In this document: in pieces, positions 12,666 through 26,243 of the stretch
Position numbering within the stretch: position 1 is the first letter of the stretch
How the letters are laid out: the number at the start of each line of letters is the position of its first letter
Source of the DNA: Octopus sinensis
Lineage: Eukaryota
DNA length: 64,000 bases
Assembly: GCF_006345805.1 (NCBI RefSeq)
Contig: NC_043005.1
Location: 36,890,001-36,954,000 of the forward strand
Reading direction: 5' to 3'
The notes under the pieces: model-generated
Seen by the model: only the letters and a program-made list of their open reading frames with translations
Told to the model about the DNA's origin: nothing
The model's database searches: none
Position numbers and translations under genes: made by a program

Positions 12666-14295
12666 TTGACACACACACACACACAAAAAAACACACACTA
12701 ATCTACCTTAATCTTTCAATCATGGTCTCTTCATCTTTTTCTCTCTCCACACTCACAGACACATACATGCGCGCGAGTGTGTGCAATCAATATTTTGAAT
12801 GTAAGTTCAGTTATTTTTCTGTCTTTTTGTAATAGTGCCGATTCTCTGACAATATTCTATGACATGGTAACTCCTTTCTTTACAATTGTTCCTGTTATTC
12901 TTCTACACGCTGCTAAATTTCTTTTCCTTATAAACGGAATAGGTCAACTTGAATATATTCACCAACAAAATTTAATGACATTTAAGAAATATTTTACTTT
13001 GTTCCATTCTCTATCATCTGCCTAAGTAACATTTTCGCTTTCATCGAATCTACTTTGTTCTTCAAACTTTTTTTCTGATACAACATAATTGGGGTGGTCT
13101 GTGGAGTGAGGAGGTAACTACGTTACTTTACAACATGTTTTACTGTTAAATATAGTCAGCAAACACACAAGCGTATGATCGCATGAAACAGATGTTTTCC
13201 GTTTCACTTCCTATTATTTTTCTTATAATATGTTTAGCTTTAGTTTCTTTCTCAGCAATATTGACTTCTTTCGTTACAGAAACTACGTCGTGTCAAAAAC
13301 ATAGGCAGTAGCAATGTACTCTTGCAAATGCATTTCAGCATTGCTGATCAGAGAAGTTCTGTAGTGCACATCTACAATATATATAATGCATTATCAATTT
13401 TTAAGGTTATTGCTTATGTTTCATTTATATATTTTATCTATAAGGGTGAAACATTTACGAAAAATCAATGAAGCACATAATATTTACCCCCCTCACACAC
13501 ACACACACAACACACACACATTCACACTAGGTATCAGCCAGATTTTTGTTTTTTATAAATTTATTACATATGCAGCGCTTGTTTGGCAGTGCGAACTCCT
13601 TTCTAGTATTGCAGTCCTCCTTTCGTCTTCCCTTATGCTTAAAAATGTTTGTCTGATTTCTAACTGGACTTTATAATCTCTACTTTTAATCCAATGCCAC
13701 ATCACAAGTAATTCCTGAGCCAAATTGAACTAATGATTGTATGGAGATAAGGCGGCCCCCTGGCAGATTCTTTAGGGTGCCGGACAAAATGCTTAACGGC
13801 ATTTCGTTCTAAGTTCAAATATTTAAAGCTGCTGTAAATGACTTTATATTTGACAAAAATGATACAAAATCCAGGGAATTTTTTACTATTTCTACAGGAA
13901 ATACTTTCTTAAATATAAACATGATTTACGCAGTCCTTCCGAGCTCACTATTCAAGAGACCTTCGCTAATTATAACAATATTTATTAGTTCCGTCTGCAT
14001 TTGAAACCAAAAGCCTTAAACCTGTACCTTGCTTCATTAAAAATGTTTCACCGCTAGACAAATTGAGAAAAAGCCGTCTCTCTTTTTTCGAAGACTTGTT
14101 GTTCCGTTGTGCTGCTAAAATTTATATAATGAGATGCTGCCTGGCAAACAGGGAGCAAACTTGCCTAAAGCTCACAATATTATCTTATAGTTCAAACCTA
14201 ATTAAACAACCTCGAAGAAGAGTTCTTTAAAAGCGTAAATTCGGAATTTACCGCCATCTAAAATTCATTATACAAACCGACATACATACAAGCAT

Positions 14296-15405
14296 AGGTT
14301 TAACATCGATCCAAAATACATTTGAATGTCATATCATATACCTTCGGTAACATCTTTTAACCATAAAGTGTTGAAGTGTATCCCGTGACCAACTTTGCAT
14401 ACATGAGGCTGATAACATCAAAGGATTTGAAAGGCAGCTCCTTAAGCAGCATTCCTTGCCTCATAACCTTAAAAACATGCTCCAAGATGTCGCACTACTC
14501 TACTGCAATGTATCATCAGAAGAAAGGATGAGAATATATGAACAGAAGGCTATGCATGGATATGTGATATGTTAGTAGAAAGCTCAGAGATTATAGTAAC
14601 ATTGATCACCAAAGAAGCCTATCGTGGTCCAAGAACTGAATTACAACCTACCACTTTCAATGGTATGCGTTTGCAATCCAGAATCAGGAAATATCAACCA
14701 AATATCTGATGCACAAAATGGGCAGAGATGTAGGAAAAGTAGTAAAATGTTACGACCGATGCAGACTTTTAGAATTAACAGCGAAGATATCACCTACACC
14801 ATAAGCAGTTGTCCGAAAATGTCATCACAGTATTATCTATCGGTGAGGCATGTTGTATTTAAGACACAATATAACGAGATCCGTCAAGAGGATAACTCCG
14901 AGGACGAAGAAATAAGGACCTACAGTATGGTGGAATTCATAACCACTCATTAAAAAAGGAGTACTGGTGGAGTCCCAGTGAAATTGAGAAATCGGCAGTT
15001 ATTCTATCCAGATTACAAGTTCAGGTTTATACCTGTAAATATTGGGGTACTGAGATATGTAACAAACTGCTTAAATGCCATTCTTGAGAAATTAGGCTTC
15101 TCAAAATCAGAAAGGAGAGAGCTAATTTGAAGACTAAAGATCCAGTCAATTACTGAAACTGTAAAAATCTGTAAATCTTTCCAAAAGTTTATCATAAAGT
15201 ATATATGAGCATGTCTAGATATGCAAGTATATGCATAAGACGACATACATAAAACAAATCATACAAATATGGACATGTAATAAATACATACAAAAATACC
15301 CTGATGTTGTTATTGAAATTCCAATGAAGGAACCTTGGGGCTAGGTTAGAAACCGATTCTTTTTCGCTTGGCTAAAAATTTTGAAATATAACTGAATAAT
15401 AATGC
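14296..15405 (+). mobile_element. R4/Dong-like non-LTR retrotransposon, 5'-truncated and degenerate (RT C-terminus, CCHC/RLE region, 3' UTR)
   Basis: Fragments GLTSIQNTFECHI, EADNIKGFERQLLK, EDITYTISSCPKMSSQYYLSVRHVVFKTQYNEIR (zinc-knuckle/RH motif) and LEKLGFSKSERRELI*RLKIQSITETVKICKSFQKF match R4/Dong C-termini; stops and frameshifts present; 3' end gaataataat. Confidence 0.8.
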
Positions 15406-15514
15406 GCACACACACACACACATACACACACACACACACACTCACTCACACACATATATACATGCATAGATAATATATACATATGTACATATATACCTAC
15501 ATACATACATACAA

Positions 15515-15620
15515 ACAAACTTGATGTTGATGTTGAAATTCCAATGAAGGAACCTTGAATCTTGGTTAGAAACCGGTTCTTTCTCTATTGGCAAGAAATC
15601 TTGAAATAAACTGAATAATG
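15515..15620 (+). mobile_element. second copy of the R4/Dong-like 3' tail
   Basis: gatgttgatgttgaaattccaatgaaggaaccttgaatcttggttagaaaccggttctttctctattggcaagaaatcttgaaataaactgaataat, homologous to 15300-15400. Confidence 0.8.
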
Positions 15621-16084
15621 AAATACACATCTGAGTGTGTGTGTGTGTGTGTGTGTGGTGTGTGTGTGTGTGTGTGTGCCCACGTACATATTGACGTATG
15701 TATGATTTATGTTGAAGAAAGTAGCGTTAATCAATGTAAATTTGTGATTTTTTTTTTCATTAAACTGCGAATATTTAAACACAAGTACGTATATATATAT
15801 ATCCATTTATACACACGCGTATGTATAAAACTGTATATGTGTATGTGTGTATGTTTATTATGTGCTACTTTACGGAACCAAGTCAATAAACAAATTAGTC
15901 GAACCAATAACGCTATATCATTATCCAATAAATTCGTTTCGAACCCCATGAACAAAACTATCGATAAACTTTCAATTAAAGAAATCAAATTCTACCAAGC
16001 TACACCAATAACCAATCAAATTAACCAAGAATGATAAGACACTAGTCCTATTATACAAGTCAGCTTAGACCTATAAATGATTAA

Positions 16085-16349
16085 TAGAATTAATATATAT
16101 ATGTGTGTGTATGCGTATTAATATACATATATGTGTATGCGTATGCGTGCATATATATATATATGTATATGTCTATTCATATATGTATATTTATATATTT
16201 TGTGGTGTTATTTATATTTATAAGCATATATGTATGCTTATATATGTGTGTATTTATATATGTATGTATTTGTATATGTTCATTTATAATTTCTATGTTT
16301 ATGTGTGTTTATATATACACATATACATGTATATGTGTATGTAAGCATG

Positions 16350-16380
<31 letters not shown>

Positions 16381-16660
16381 GTTTGTATATGTGCATGTGT
16401 ATATATATATGTATACGTATGCATGTATATATATGTATATGTATATTTATATATATGTATATGTATATTTATATATTTTATAGTGTTATTTATATTTATA
16501 AGTATATATGTATGCTTATATATGTGTGTGTATGTATGCATATTATATATATATATGTATATATGTATGTATATGCGTATATATACATATATGTATGTAT
16601 ATATATATATACGTGTGTATATATTTATATATGCATATTTATGTATTTAAGTATATATTA
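16085..16660. repeat. degenerate (TA)/(TG) microsatellite with an internal ~60-bp duplication
   Basis: Low-complexity tract; the motif tgttatttatatttataag occurs at ~16205 and ~16484. Confidence 0.9.
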
Positions 16661-17251
16661 ATGAAATTCGGTGATATAAACTTTGTTTAATCTTTTCTCG
16701 TTAATGTTCTCAAATTATTGTCGCTCTGTTGTTTGAATTGTTGCACAAACCTAAGATAGTGCTAGTTCTTATTATTTGTGATTATGAGTTTAAAAGTTAG
16801 AAAGTATTCACTCTGGTTGTGCTGTTTTAATCAGTGTGGTAGCATAGTTATACACCATATATATATATATATAATATATATATATATATACACCGTATAA
16901 ATGAGAAACAAAGATGTACAGATGTCAATTCCTGAATTGACACCTGTTCATGTTTGTTACTCATATTTTATTCACCTACTCTGGAATCTGAACTTCTGAA
17001 ATTTTATAGAAAGTACTTTTGTATTTTCATATAATGTACATGTCTGAACAACCAAGAGCGGATCTCTCCAGTAAGTTGGGTCGTATTATCTGCATACTCT
17101 GCAACAATACCAAGCGCAAACACTTCTGCACAGAGTTTGATATTCATGTGATATTGCTTGAGTGTGCAAATTAGATCGATCTAATAAGGTGCGTCAATTT
17201 AACTACCTAATTCAGCCTAATCTTAATTATATTATTTTATATATGTATATA

Positions 17252-17482
17252 TATTTCTTTATTGCCTACAAGGGGCTAAACATAGAGGGGACAAACAAGG
17301 ACAGACCAAGGGATTAAGTCGTTTACATCGACTCCAGTGCGTAACTGGTACTTAATTTATCGACCCCGTTAGGATGAAAGGCAAAGTCGACCTCGGCGGA
17401 ATTTGAACTCACAACGTAACGACAGACGAAATACGGCTACGCATTTCGCCCGGCGTGCTAACGTTTCTGCCAGCTCGCCGCC
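17252..17482 (-). mobile_element. SINE family A, full-length, young
   Basis: Near-identical reverse complement of 7061-7298. Confidence 0.92.
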
Positions 17483-17489
17483 ATATCCA

Positions 17490-17935
17490 CGAGACTGTCG
17501 GTGATTACAATGTGTTTCTATTTTTTCCATTGACAGTGCTGTTCTCTTCTGTTTCTTGATGGCGTCCTCCCATCGCTTTGGGGATCTTCTGAGTGGCCTC
17601 TTGAGCTCTTTTGAATTCCACTCGTCAACCACACATGTTCGCCTCGTGTCTGTGACCCGTGCAACATATCCAGCTCAGTGGAACTTCAAAATTCTCTATT
17701 CTCACGTGTCACTTCATTCTATTCTCGATTTGCTTCGTCTCGGATATGTTCGCACAATGATATCTCTAAACGTGGATCTTTCCAATTCAGTTCTTTATAT
17801 TTCGAAGTATACCGTCTTTAACTTTCGTTTTATTACGCAGGTCCGATGACGCTATTGAAGAGATTAGCACGTAAAATCTTCTCTGGCTCTGCTTTGACCA
17901 CATTCTTTTTTACCGAAGTAAACGACTAAAGAATT
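17490..17935 (-). mobile_element. RTE-clade LINE 3' fragment (RT C-terminus), degenerate
   Basis: Minus-strand fragments KILRANLFNS, LEISLCEHIRDEANRE, KFH*AGYVARVTDTR and VDEWNSKELKRPLRRSPKRWED match the RTE-1 C-terminal pattern (RWAGHVAR...W...KRP.GRP..RW.D). Confidence 0.8.
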
Positions 17936-18407
17936 AACATCATACAGTACTATACAATAATATGAAACTGAATTTACCATTTGGATTTCTAAAAAATATA
18001 ATTTTCCCTTATTAATACCACAGTTCCCACTGCCTAATCAAACACACTCTCGATGGGTCGAAAATCACTTCACCTAAGAGGTTCAACCATTGAGTGCATA
18101 ATCCAAAACTTTGAACGTGCTTGTCTTTATTTATTACGCTCGTAAATTTCAGAATATTTCACTTAAGTTATAAAACAACATAAGAGCTGAAATGTGGTCA
18201 GATATAAAACAACCCTGCTATCATTGTTCTGTGTTAATATCATTGTCTCAGTATACCTAAGATATACTGGACAAAGCAATAGTTTTGTCAATGCTTCTAT
18301 CGCCAGCAATAAAGTTAACTTTAAACATCTAAACTTTAAACATCTATATCTATATAGAAATAGGTAGATAGATAGACAGACAGACAAGCAGACTAACGGA
18401 TAGATAG

Positions 18408-18456
<49 letters not shown>

Positions 18457-18489
18457 CAGACAGACAAACACAGATATTTCCAACGTTCG

Positions 18490-18590
18490 ACAAACGCCCT
18501 GGGTGACCTCAACATCAACAATGTTGATTGGAAAGCATCGATATTTCAACCACTTCTGACGGTACCACTTCTTTTAGTGGGTCTATAGCA
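18490..18590 (+). mobile_element. possible LINE apurinic-endonuclease fragment
   Basis: Frame reads ALGDLNINNVDWK, similar to the GDFN.P.IDW motif of CR1/L2/Jockey endonucleases; very short. Confidence 0.4.
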
Positions 18591-18863
18591 GTATCATATT
18601 ACCTGAGAGCGTCTGGGGAGTATGACTACTTTCAAAAGCGCAGCGTAAAGATCAATATTCATTAAACTCACAAAACCAAATAAAGTATTTAAAAATTTTT
18701 AAAGAAAACTTTGAAATACGTAATGCTTGGTTTCACTTGGCATGGCGACTTTTGCAATAAAATAGCTTCACCTTTCTGTGATGTTTTCATCGTTATTCTC
18801 TTGTTACAACTTTATGCTTATATGTATATGTATGCATGTATGTATATATACATATATATATGT

Positions 18864-18955
<92 letters not shown>

Positions 18956-19389
18956 TTATTATGTATATATATATAAAGCTAAATGCGTGTGCTTATGTAT
19001 GTGTATAGTTACATTGACTTTTATATTCATTTATTCAAATACTTAAATATATGTGTTTGAATACGGAGGAAGCACTTCCCTTTCGCTTATAATTCTTCTC
19101 TTCTACTTTTACGATACCTCTCTAATGTTGCACTTAGAGATCTCCCAAGGTTTTCATCAGAATTTCTAAGTATACATGTGTAGCGTATATGAGAATATAT
19201 ATGTGTGTGTGTATGTGCGTGTCTTTATGCATATATATATATGTTGTATATACGTATATGTATGTGTGTATGAACACATACGTATAAACGCAGGAGGAAA
19301 CAAAGCTGCATCACAGACAAGAAACTGAAGCTAAAATGCACAAATAATGATTTTCGCATTGGCTCAAAGCCACAAAATTTGTATAGTAT

Positions 19390-19530
19390 AGTCGATTGTA
19401 TCGACCCCTATACATATCTTGCATTTATTTTATATCGACCTCTTCTGAATTTGAACTCAGAACAAAGAGCTATGGAACAAAATATTCAAAGACATATAGT
19501 TCACTGTACTGGAATTTCTGCCGTTTTACC
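19390..19530 (-). mobile_element. SINE family A, highly decayed
   Basis: gtcgattgtatcgaccc...tatcgacctc...gaatttgaactcagaac. Confidence 0.55.
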
Positions 19531-20361
19531 ATATTATCTAGCTGCTCTCGTGTTCTGTTCTCCGCTCCATCACCATATTTCTTTGCCAATAATTGCAAAA
19601 TACTTCCAAAACTTCTATTTTCTTGCAATCAATACACGTTTTAAATATCCGTCAATATTGAACCATTGATTGCTGCTTAGTCTCCTCCTTGATAACTTAG
19701 CCAACGAGCTACACACTTTGTAGAAAATTTATTTATCCAACATATAACGCTGCCTTGCGCTCATATATGAAGTGTACAGTAGCTCACAAAATTTCTTCAC
19801 ACAACATTCGTTACACCTACTTAACATTCGTTACTCGATCATATATTTAAACTGAAACCAAATAGGAAAGCTTTTGAACTCTGTCTTCTATAAGAGACCC
19901 GTTGCAGCACTAAAATAATGACCTCTATCATTTGGTTAGATTCTTTATGATATATCATTTGGCAGATACCACAAATTTATTAGCCTTTGATAAACCTCTT
20001 AAATCTATTAAGGATAAGAATTAAAACGATTATGTCCATAGTAAAATGGAGAACTATTAAAACGACTAAGCCGATAGTAAAATGCAAATAACATTTCTCT
20101 CGGTGTGTGTAGAGTATATATACATAGGCATATATGCATATATAAATGTGTGTGTGTGTGTGTGTTCCGTTTCATCGCAGGGTCTCAAGCTATAAATTAT
20201 AACGTCCAGTAAAATATAACCCCTTTAATCAAATCAATAAATAATCTGCAAGAATCTACTAACATTTATATCTTGAAGTGGAGATACATAACATTGCCTG
20301 AGCAGGCTGATGGGAACTAACACTCTGTGTCTCTGTATCTCTATATCACTAGTCCTCTCAC

Positions 20362-20409
<48 letters not shown>

Positions 20410-21014
20410 TCTCTCTATCTTTCTCTTCATTTCCTTCTTTTCTATATTTTACATACATTCTCTACTGCCCCTCCCTAGTTCTCTTTCGCTCAAAAACTAT
20501 TCACACACGCTCACACACAAAAAAAACAACACACACAAACGCATAAACACCTAAGCACTCACACACAGAGACAGACAGACACACACACAAACATCAAACA
20601 CAACACACGTACTCAAACACCTAAACCCGTAGGCACACACACACATACAAATACCTACAGGCGCAAATATATATCCCTTGTTTTTAAGCTCCCGATTCCT
20701 TGGATGCATAGTTGCGCTGTCTGGACATACAGCGTTCTCCGGATATTTTTAGCCGTAGCAAAACACATCCTACATTGCAGATAAGACTGCGTTTGTTCTA
20801 GCAGAATGAGAGGGAAGAGAGAGACAAAGAGACAGTGAGTGAGAGAGAGAGAAATGGAAGAGAAATGGAAGAGAAGCAAACGAAAAATGGAGACTTGCAG
20901 GATTTGTGTTATATTTGTCAATTCTAAAAGGAGAAAAGCTCAGCTGACCTCGGCGGGATTTGAGTGTTGTGCGCATATATTACACTCACAACTCATAAAA
21001 ACAAAATCCCATCG

Positions 21015-21126
<112 letters not shown>

Positions 21127-21184
21127 TAATATATATACATATATGTATGTGCGTGTGTCTTTGTGCCTATGCTTCGTCCTCATC

Positions 21185-21380
21185 ATCGCTTAACAACCGG
21201 TGGTGGTTTGTTTACGTCCCCGTAAATTAACAGTTCTGCAAAAGAGACCGATGACATAAGTACCTGGCTTAAAAAAAAAACAACTGAAGGTCAATTCGTT
21301 CAAATAAAAATTCTTCAAAGGCGTTGCCCCAGCATAGACGCAGTCTAATAACTGAAACAAGTAAAAGATAAAAGATATAC
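21185..21380 (+). mobile_element. SINE family B, 3' half
   Basis: tttacgtccccgtaa...aaagagaccgat...gccccagcatagacgcagtctaataactgaaacaagtaaaaga. Confidence 0.8.
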
Positions 21381-22529
21381 ATATTCACACCCATCCCATC
21401 CCCTCTACACAGACACGCACGTGTATACACACACACACGTACACGTACACACACACACACACACACGCACACACACACACACACACATCAGGATCAAATC
21501 CTTTCAGAAGAATTCAAGTAGAGATAATCAAGAGAAAAGTTATTTTCGTTAGTCAATTTAGTCACTTTCTTTAATTCATAAGGATAATTAGATTAATGAA
21601 CGTAAACAATATACTGTTTACACGTGTTTCACAAGCCAGTACGAAATACAAAGGCATTGTTGCCTCTTACGACATCAGTCGCTTCATTAAATTTCAATTT
21701 ACATTCAATTGTTCATACAAAATATTTAAGAGATTCCTAGCGATCAATCTTTTAATTTAATCGAAAATATAACCACGTCTAAAACAGCATATTTTGAAAT
21801 GAAGCAACATACTTCACAACATGCAGCATCCTTCATAAACGCGCAAGGAAGTTACCTTATCGGTATATCGCAGTGTTTTCATAAAGTGTGATCAGCCATA
21901 TCGAAGCTAATGTCTTCTTATAAAGATAGACAATTCACGTTGAACGTAGATTATTCATATGAAGATACGAGTCACGTTGGTTGGTAGCATTGTCATAGAA
22001 TGAGATCAAACACATATTAAACAGAATAGTTTCCTCAAGATAAATTACTTCTATTGAATGCAGATCAGTCTTATCGGCACATGGTTATCTTGTAATTAGA
22101 TCAGCTATGTATCAAACAAATATTTATTGCCATTAAGATATGCTAATTATAGTAGTTATTGCATAGTTTCATAAAATATTAGTCCCTATATGTGCATGTA
22201 TATGTATGCATATAAAAGTACATATATACTCATATACATAAATACAGACATACATACATAAATACACACACGTGTGTGGTGTGTGTGTGAGAGAGAGAGC
22301 GTGAGAGAGAGAGACATTGTCATGAAATGAGATAAGCTATATTATGGGTATTCTATGCTTTGTGATTAATGATGTCTTATGTAAACACATAATAAATCTA
22401 TCTATCAGTGTATCTGTTTGTGCATGTATGTGTACTTATATGTATGTGCTTATGTGAGCATGTGTGTCTTTGGTTGTACAAACAGAATCAGTAGAACTCA
22501 AAACATGGATATATATATATATATATATC

Positions 22530-22572
<43 letters not shown>

Positions 22573-22589
22573 CATGTATCCCTTTAGAT

Positions 22590-22879
22590 TTATTTATGCG
22601 CCCTTTTCAAGACTAGCCAGTTTCCCGGTTTCTATGGCGTATGTGTTCCCTCCAGCTGGACGGGACACCAGTTTATCACAGCGTTACTCAAGAAACAGAA
22701 AGAAAGAGTGAAAGTTGGGGCGAAAGAGTATAACAGGGGTCGCTACCATCCCCTGTTATACTTTATATAGCTTTAGGTGTTTTCGCTTAATAAACACACA
22801 CAAAGCCCGGTCTGGGAATCGAAACCGCGATCCTCCGACCACGAGTCCGCTGCCCTAACCACTGGGCTATTGCGCCTCC
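22590..22879 (-). mobile_element. SINE family C (ggaggcgcaatggcccagtggttaggg...), full-length
   Basis: tRNA-like head with A and B boxes (tggttaggg...gtttcgattccc) in reverse; homologous to 36581-36770. Confidence 0.9.
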
Positions 22880-24113
22880 ACATGTATCCATATACATATA
22901 TATGTACATATATACATACATGTATTTGTATATATATCTATGTATATGTATGTTTACATATATGTACATATACATTTATGTAAGTGTGTGCATGCGTGTT
23001 TGTGTGTGTTTGTGTGTGCTGTATGTAGGATAGCTTGACCCCATAGCTTGTAGCACGCTTCCTTCTAATTGTTTTACTACCAAAGTGATCGCGAGCAAAC
23101 ACACACAAACCACACACGTACACTCACACACACACACACAATAACATGATACAACAGACGATATGGAAATTTATTAATCATCTATAAAACAAAATTTCTT
23201 TTTTCTTTAAAATAATTCTAGAGGATCACTTTCAGTCCTGTGTCTTAGTCAGCCTGTTTATTAATCATTCAGTCACTAATGATTATCTTCTGCAGTCATA
23301 TATTTTGCAATCCGTTTTCGCCAAAAGGGACACACTGCTAAAACCGTTTAACTTTTAAAATATTGTCTGCTATACGGTGTAGAAAGTATAATATGAATGT
23401 AATGTTATTCGCGATTATTCTGTGAGGCAGGAGAAAGCAAATGTCGTATTCGTTTGTGGGAGAAGCATCACATTAGAACATTGAATTTCATTTCGAATAT
23501 ATTTTTAGTGTTTCTCTTGACGTATGAAAGGTTTTTAGCTTACAAGTACTACTTCAGCATTTATTTAAATGCTACTACGTATAAACCATAAAAATGTTTA
23601 ATTCGAAATGCAGTTGGCTTGGTTTATACATATATGTGTATGTGTGTATACACACAGATATATATGTGTATATTGATACATAGATATACATGCATATATG
23701 CATATATGCGTGTGTGTATGTGTGTTAGTACGTATATCTTTATATATATATTTATATACACACAAACAGACAGACAAACAGACAGATACATAGTGTGAAT
23801 GTGTGATGGGAGTGTGTGCTTTTAGTTGTGCAAATAGAAAAATAAACCCTACTTCATAGATTTTTTAATATTCTATTAAATTTAGTCTGAATGTAAGCAT
23901 GTATGTATGTATGTATGTATGTAGGTAGGTAGGTATGTGTAAAGCGGCATGAATGAGTGAACGTCAGAATGTAATTAAAATGCAATTCGTTCGCCTCTGT
24001 ACATTTTATATTTTCTTCAGGAACTTTTAATGTATTTGTTTTTGTCAAAGCTTTTGTTGCATTTAAGGTCATGTGGTTCCTGCTGCAAGATTCAATAGCA
24101 TGTCAAAATACGC

Positions 24114-24144
<31 letters not shown>

Positions 24145-24505
24145 CACACACACACATTTATGAAGTTCTGCAAGAATGTCAGCCGATACGAAGTGTTAAT
24201 CTGATATTTCTCGAACACTTTACCACCTGGATTTTCTTTGCTTACTTCGCTCGGTCTCTCTGTTTTTGTCTTCTTTTTTTCCCCCTTTTTTCGGCCGAGG
24301 TACGGAGGCCTATCAATTTCCGATAACAGAAACTGGGTTTTGAACTCATGATACGCTGAGCTGAAATGTGAGGTATTCCATACAACGCGCTTGCGACTTT
24401 GCAAATTCATCGCCATATACGTACATCCTTTTATACACAATCATGTATGTGTGTTTGCATGCATATATGTATGTATTTATGTATGCATGTATGTATGTAT
24501 GTATG

Positions 24506-24568
<63 letters not shown>

Positions 24569-24573
24569 ATCTA

Positions 24574-24633
<60 letters not shown>

Positions 24634-24695
24634 GAGAGAGATGCATTTATATATATATATATATAATATATATATATATATGAAGAGAGAGATGC

Positions 24696-24727
<32 letters not shown>

Positions 24728-25339
24728 AAATATATATACATATATAATTAAATATATGTATATACATATACACTGAACTATATATATATATATACAGGCA
24801 CACAGTTAAAGTGAAAGAGAGAGAGAGAGAGAAATAAACACGTGTGTGAAAGTGGTAGAGGATAGCCTGACTACTTCGCTGAGCGATTTATTTGTCGAAC
24901 AAATTAATGATTTTTCTGCATTTCAATGTGTTCTAGCATTTTGTAACATTGATTATTGCAGACTTTAACGCAATAACAGTTTCAGTCGTAACATTGATGA
25001 GTTTTCGAAACAATCGCACATATATACATAGTCACACTACGTGTATATAAAGTTGACTATACTAGCTACGAAGATGGGTAAGATATTTAATAATACAGCG
25101 TAAGACAGAAAAGCGAACATTCCACCACGACCGTAGAACCATTCAATGACAAAGTTACTATTCACACACGCACTCACACACACTCACATCAATATATATA
25201 TATCAAGATTAATCAGCCGAAATTGCGAAGATGATCCGGTTCTTGACTGAAGATCGAAGGCTTCGAGTGTCCCGTCCGTGCTTTTTGTATCGTCTTCTAA
25301 TGTTTCACGTTCTTGTCCCAGTTAGTATTGTTTTATTTT

Positions 25340-25397
<58 letters not shown>

Positions 25398-25409
25398 TAT
25401 AATTTTTAT

Positions 25410-25617
25410 ATTAAATTTTGCCACCAGGTCAGCAATTTCGGGGACGGGTGTAAGTCGATTAGATAAATTCCAATGTTCAACTTGTAAGTATTTTATCAAC
25501 CCCAAAATGATGTATGTCGACCTCGGCGTAATTCGAACGCAGAACATAAAGACGAACGAAATGCCGCTGGGTATTTATTGCCCGAGCAGGCTAACGATTC
25601 TGCCAGCTCACCGCTTT
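25410..25617 (-). mobile_element. SINE family A, decayed
   Basis: gtcgacctcggcgtaattcgaacgcagaac...ctaacgattctgccagctcaccgc. Confidence 0.8.
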
Positions 25618-25841
25618 TGTGTTGGCAGTTGGCATATATATATAATTTTTAATTATATATATAATAAACAGACAATTCCTCGGCCATATTTTCGTTTTAA
25701 GTTCTTAAGATTTCGGCGCTAGAAAACACGAAATCATTTCTGTGAATAGTGTCAAGGCCGAAAAAAGGAACAAAACGAAGTCTTACGATTGTTTATTTAA
25801 GACGAACATATAAAAAGAAACAAGGACGAAATTCAAGAACA

Positions 25842-25842
<1 letters not shown>

Positions 25843-25935
<93 letters not shown>
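25843..25935. repeat. long (GT)n microsatellite
   Basis: Read directly from the sequence. Confidence 0.97.
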
Positions 25936-25936
<1 letters not shown>

Positions 25937-26176
25937 TGTGCGCGTGCGCGCATGGGCATTGGAGTGAAGAATTGAAAAACTTGAAGGTAATTCTTAAGCT
26001 GACCAATATGAAGCTATACATAATAGCTGACTCTGCAGCGGATTGAAAGTGTCCGTTAGACGGAACAGGACCTCTTACAGCATTCGAACCTGTTGTCGCC
26101 CGATCAACGGAACACTGTGCCAACCACTACATGTATACGTTCATACATACATACATACATACATACATACATACAT

Positions 26177-26211
<35 letters not shown>

Positions 26212-26212
26212 T

Positions 26213-26243
<31 letters not shown>

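Noticed and set aside
13280-13470. Strong plus-strand acceptor (ttctttcgttacAG) with a short open frame
   Set aside because: No convincing donor and no recognisable protein.
26050-26130. tRNA-like A/B boxes on the minus strand (also SINE heads at 22879, 36581 and 45853)
   Set aside because: No complete cloverleaf; these are SINE heads, not tRNA genes.
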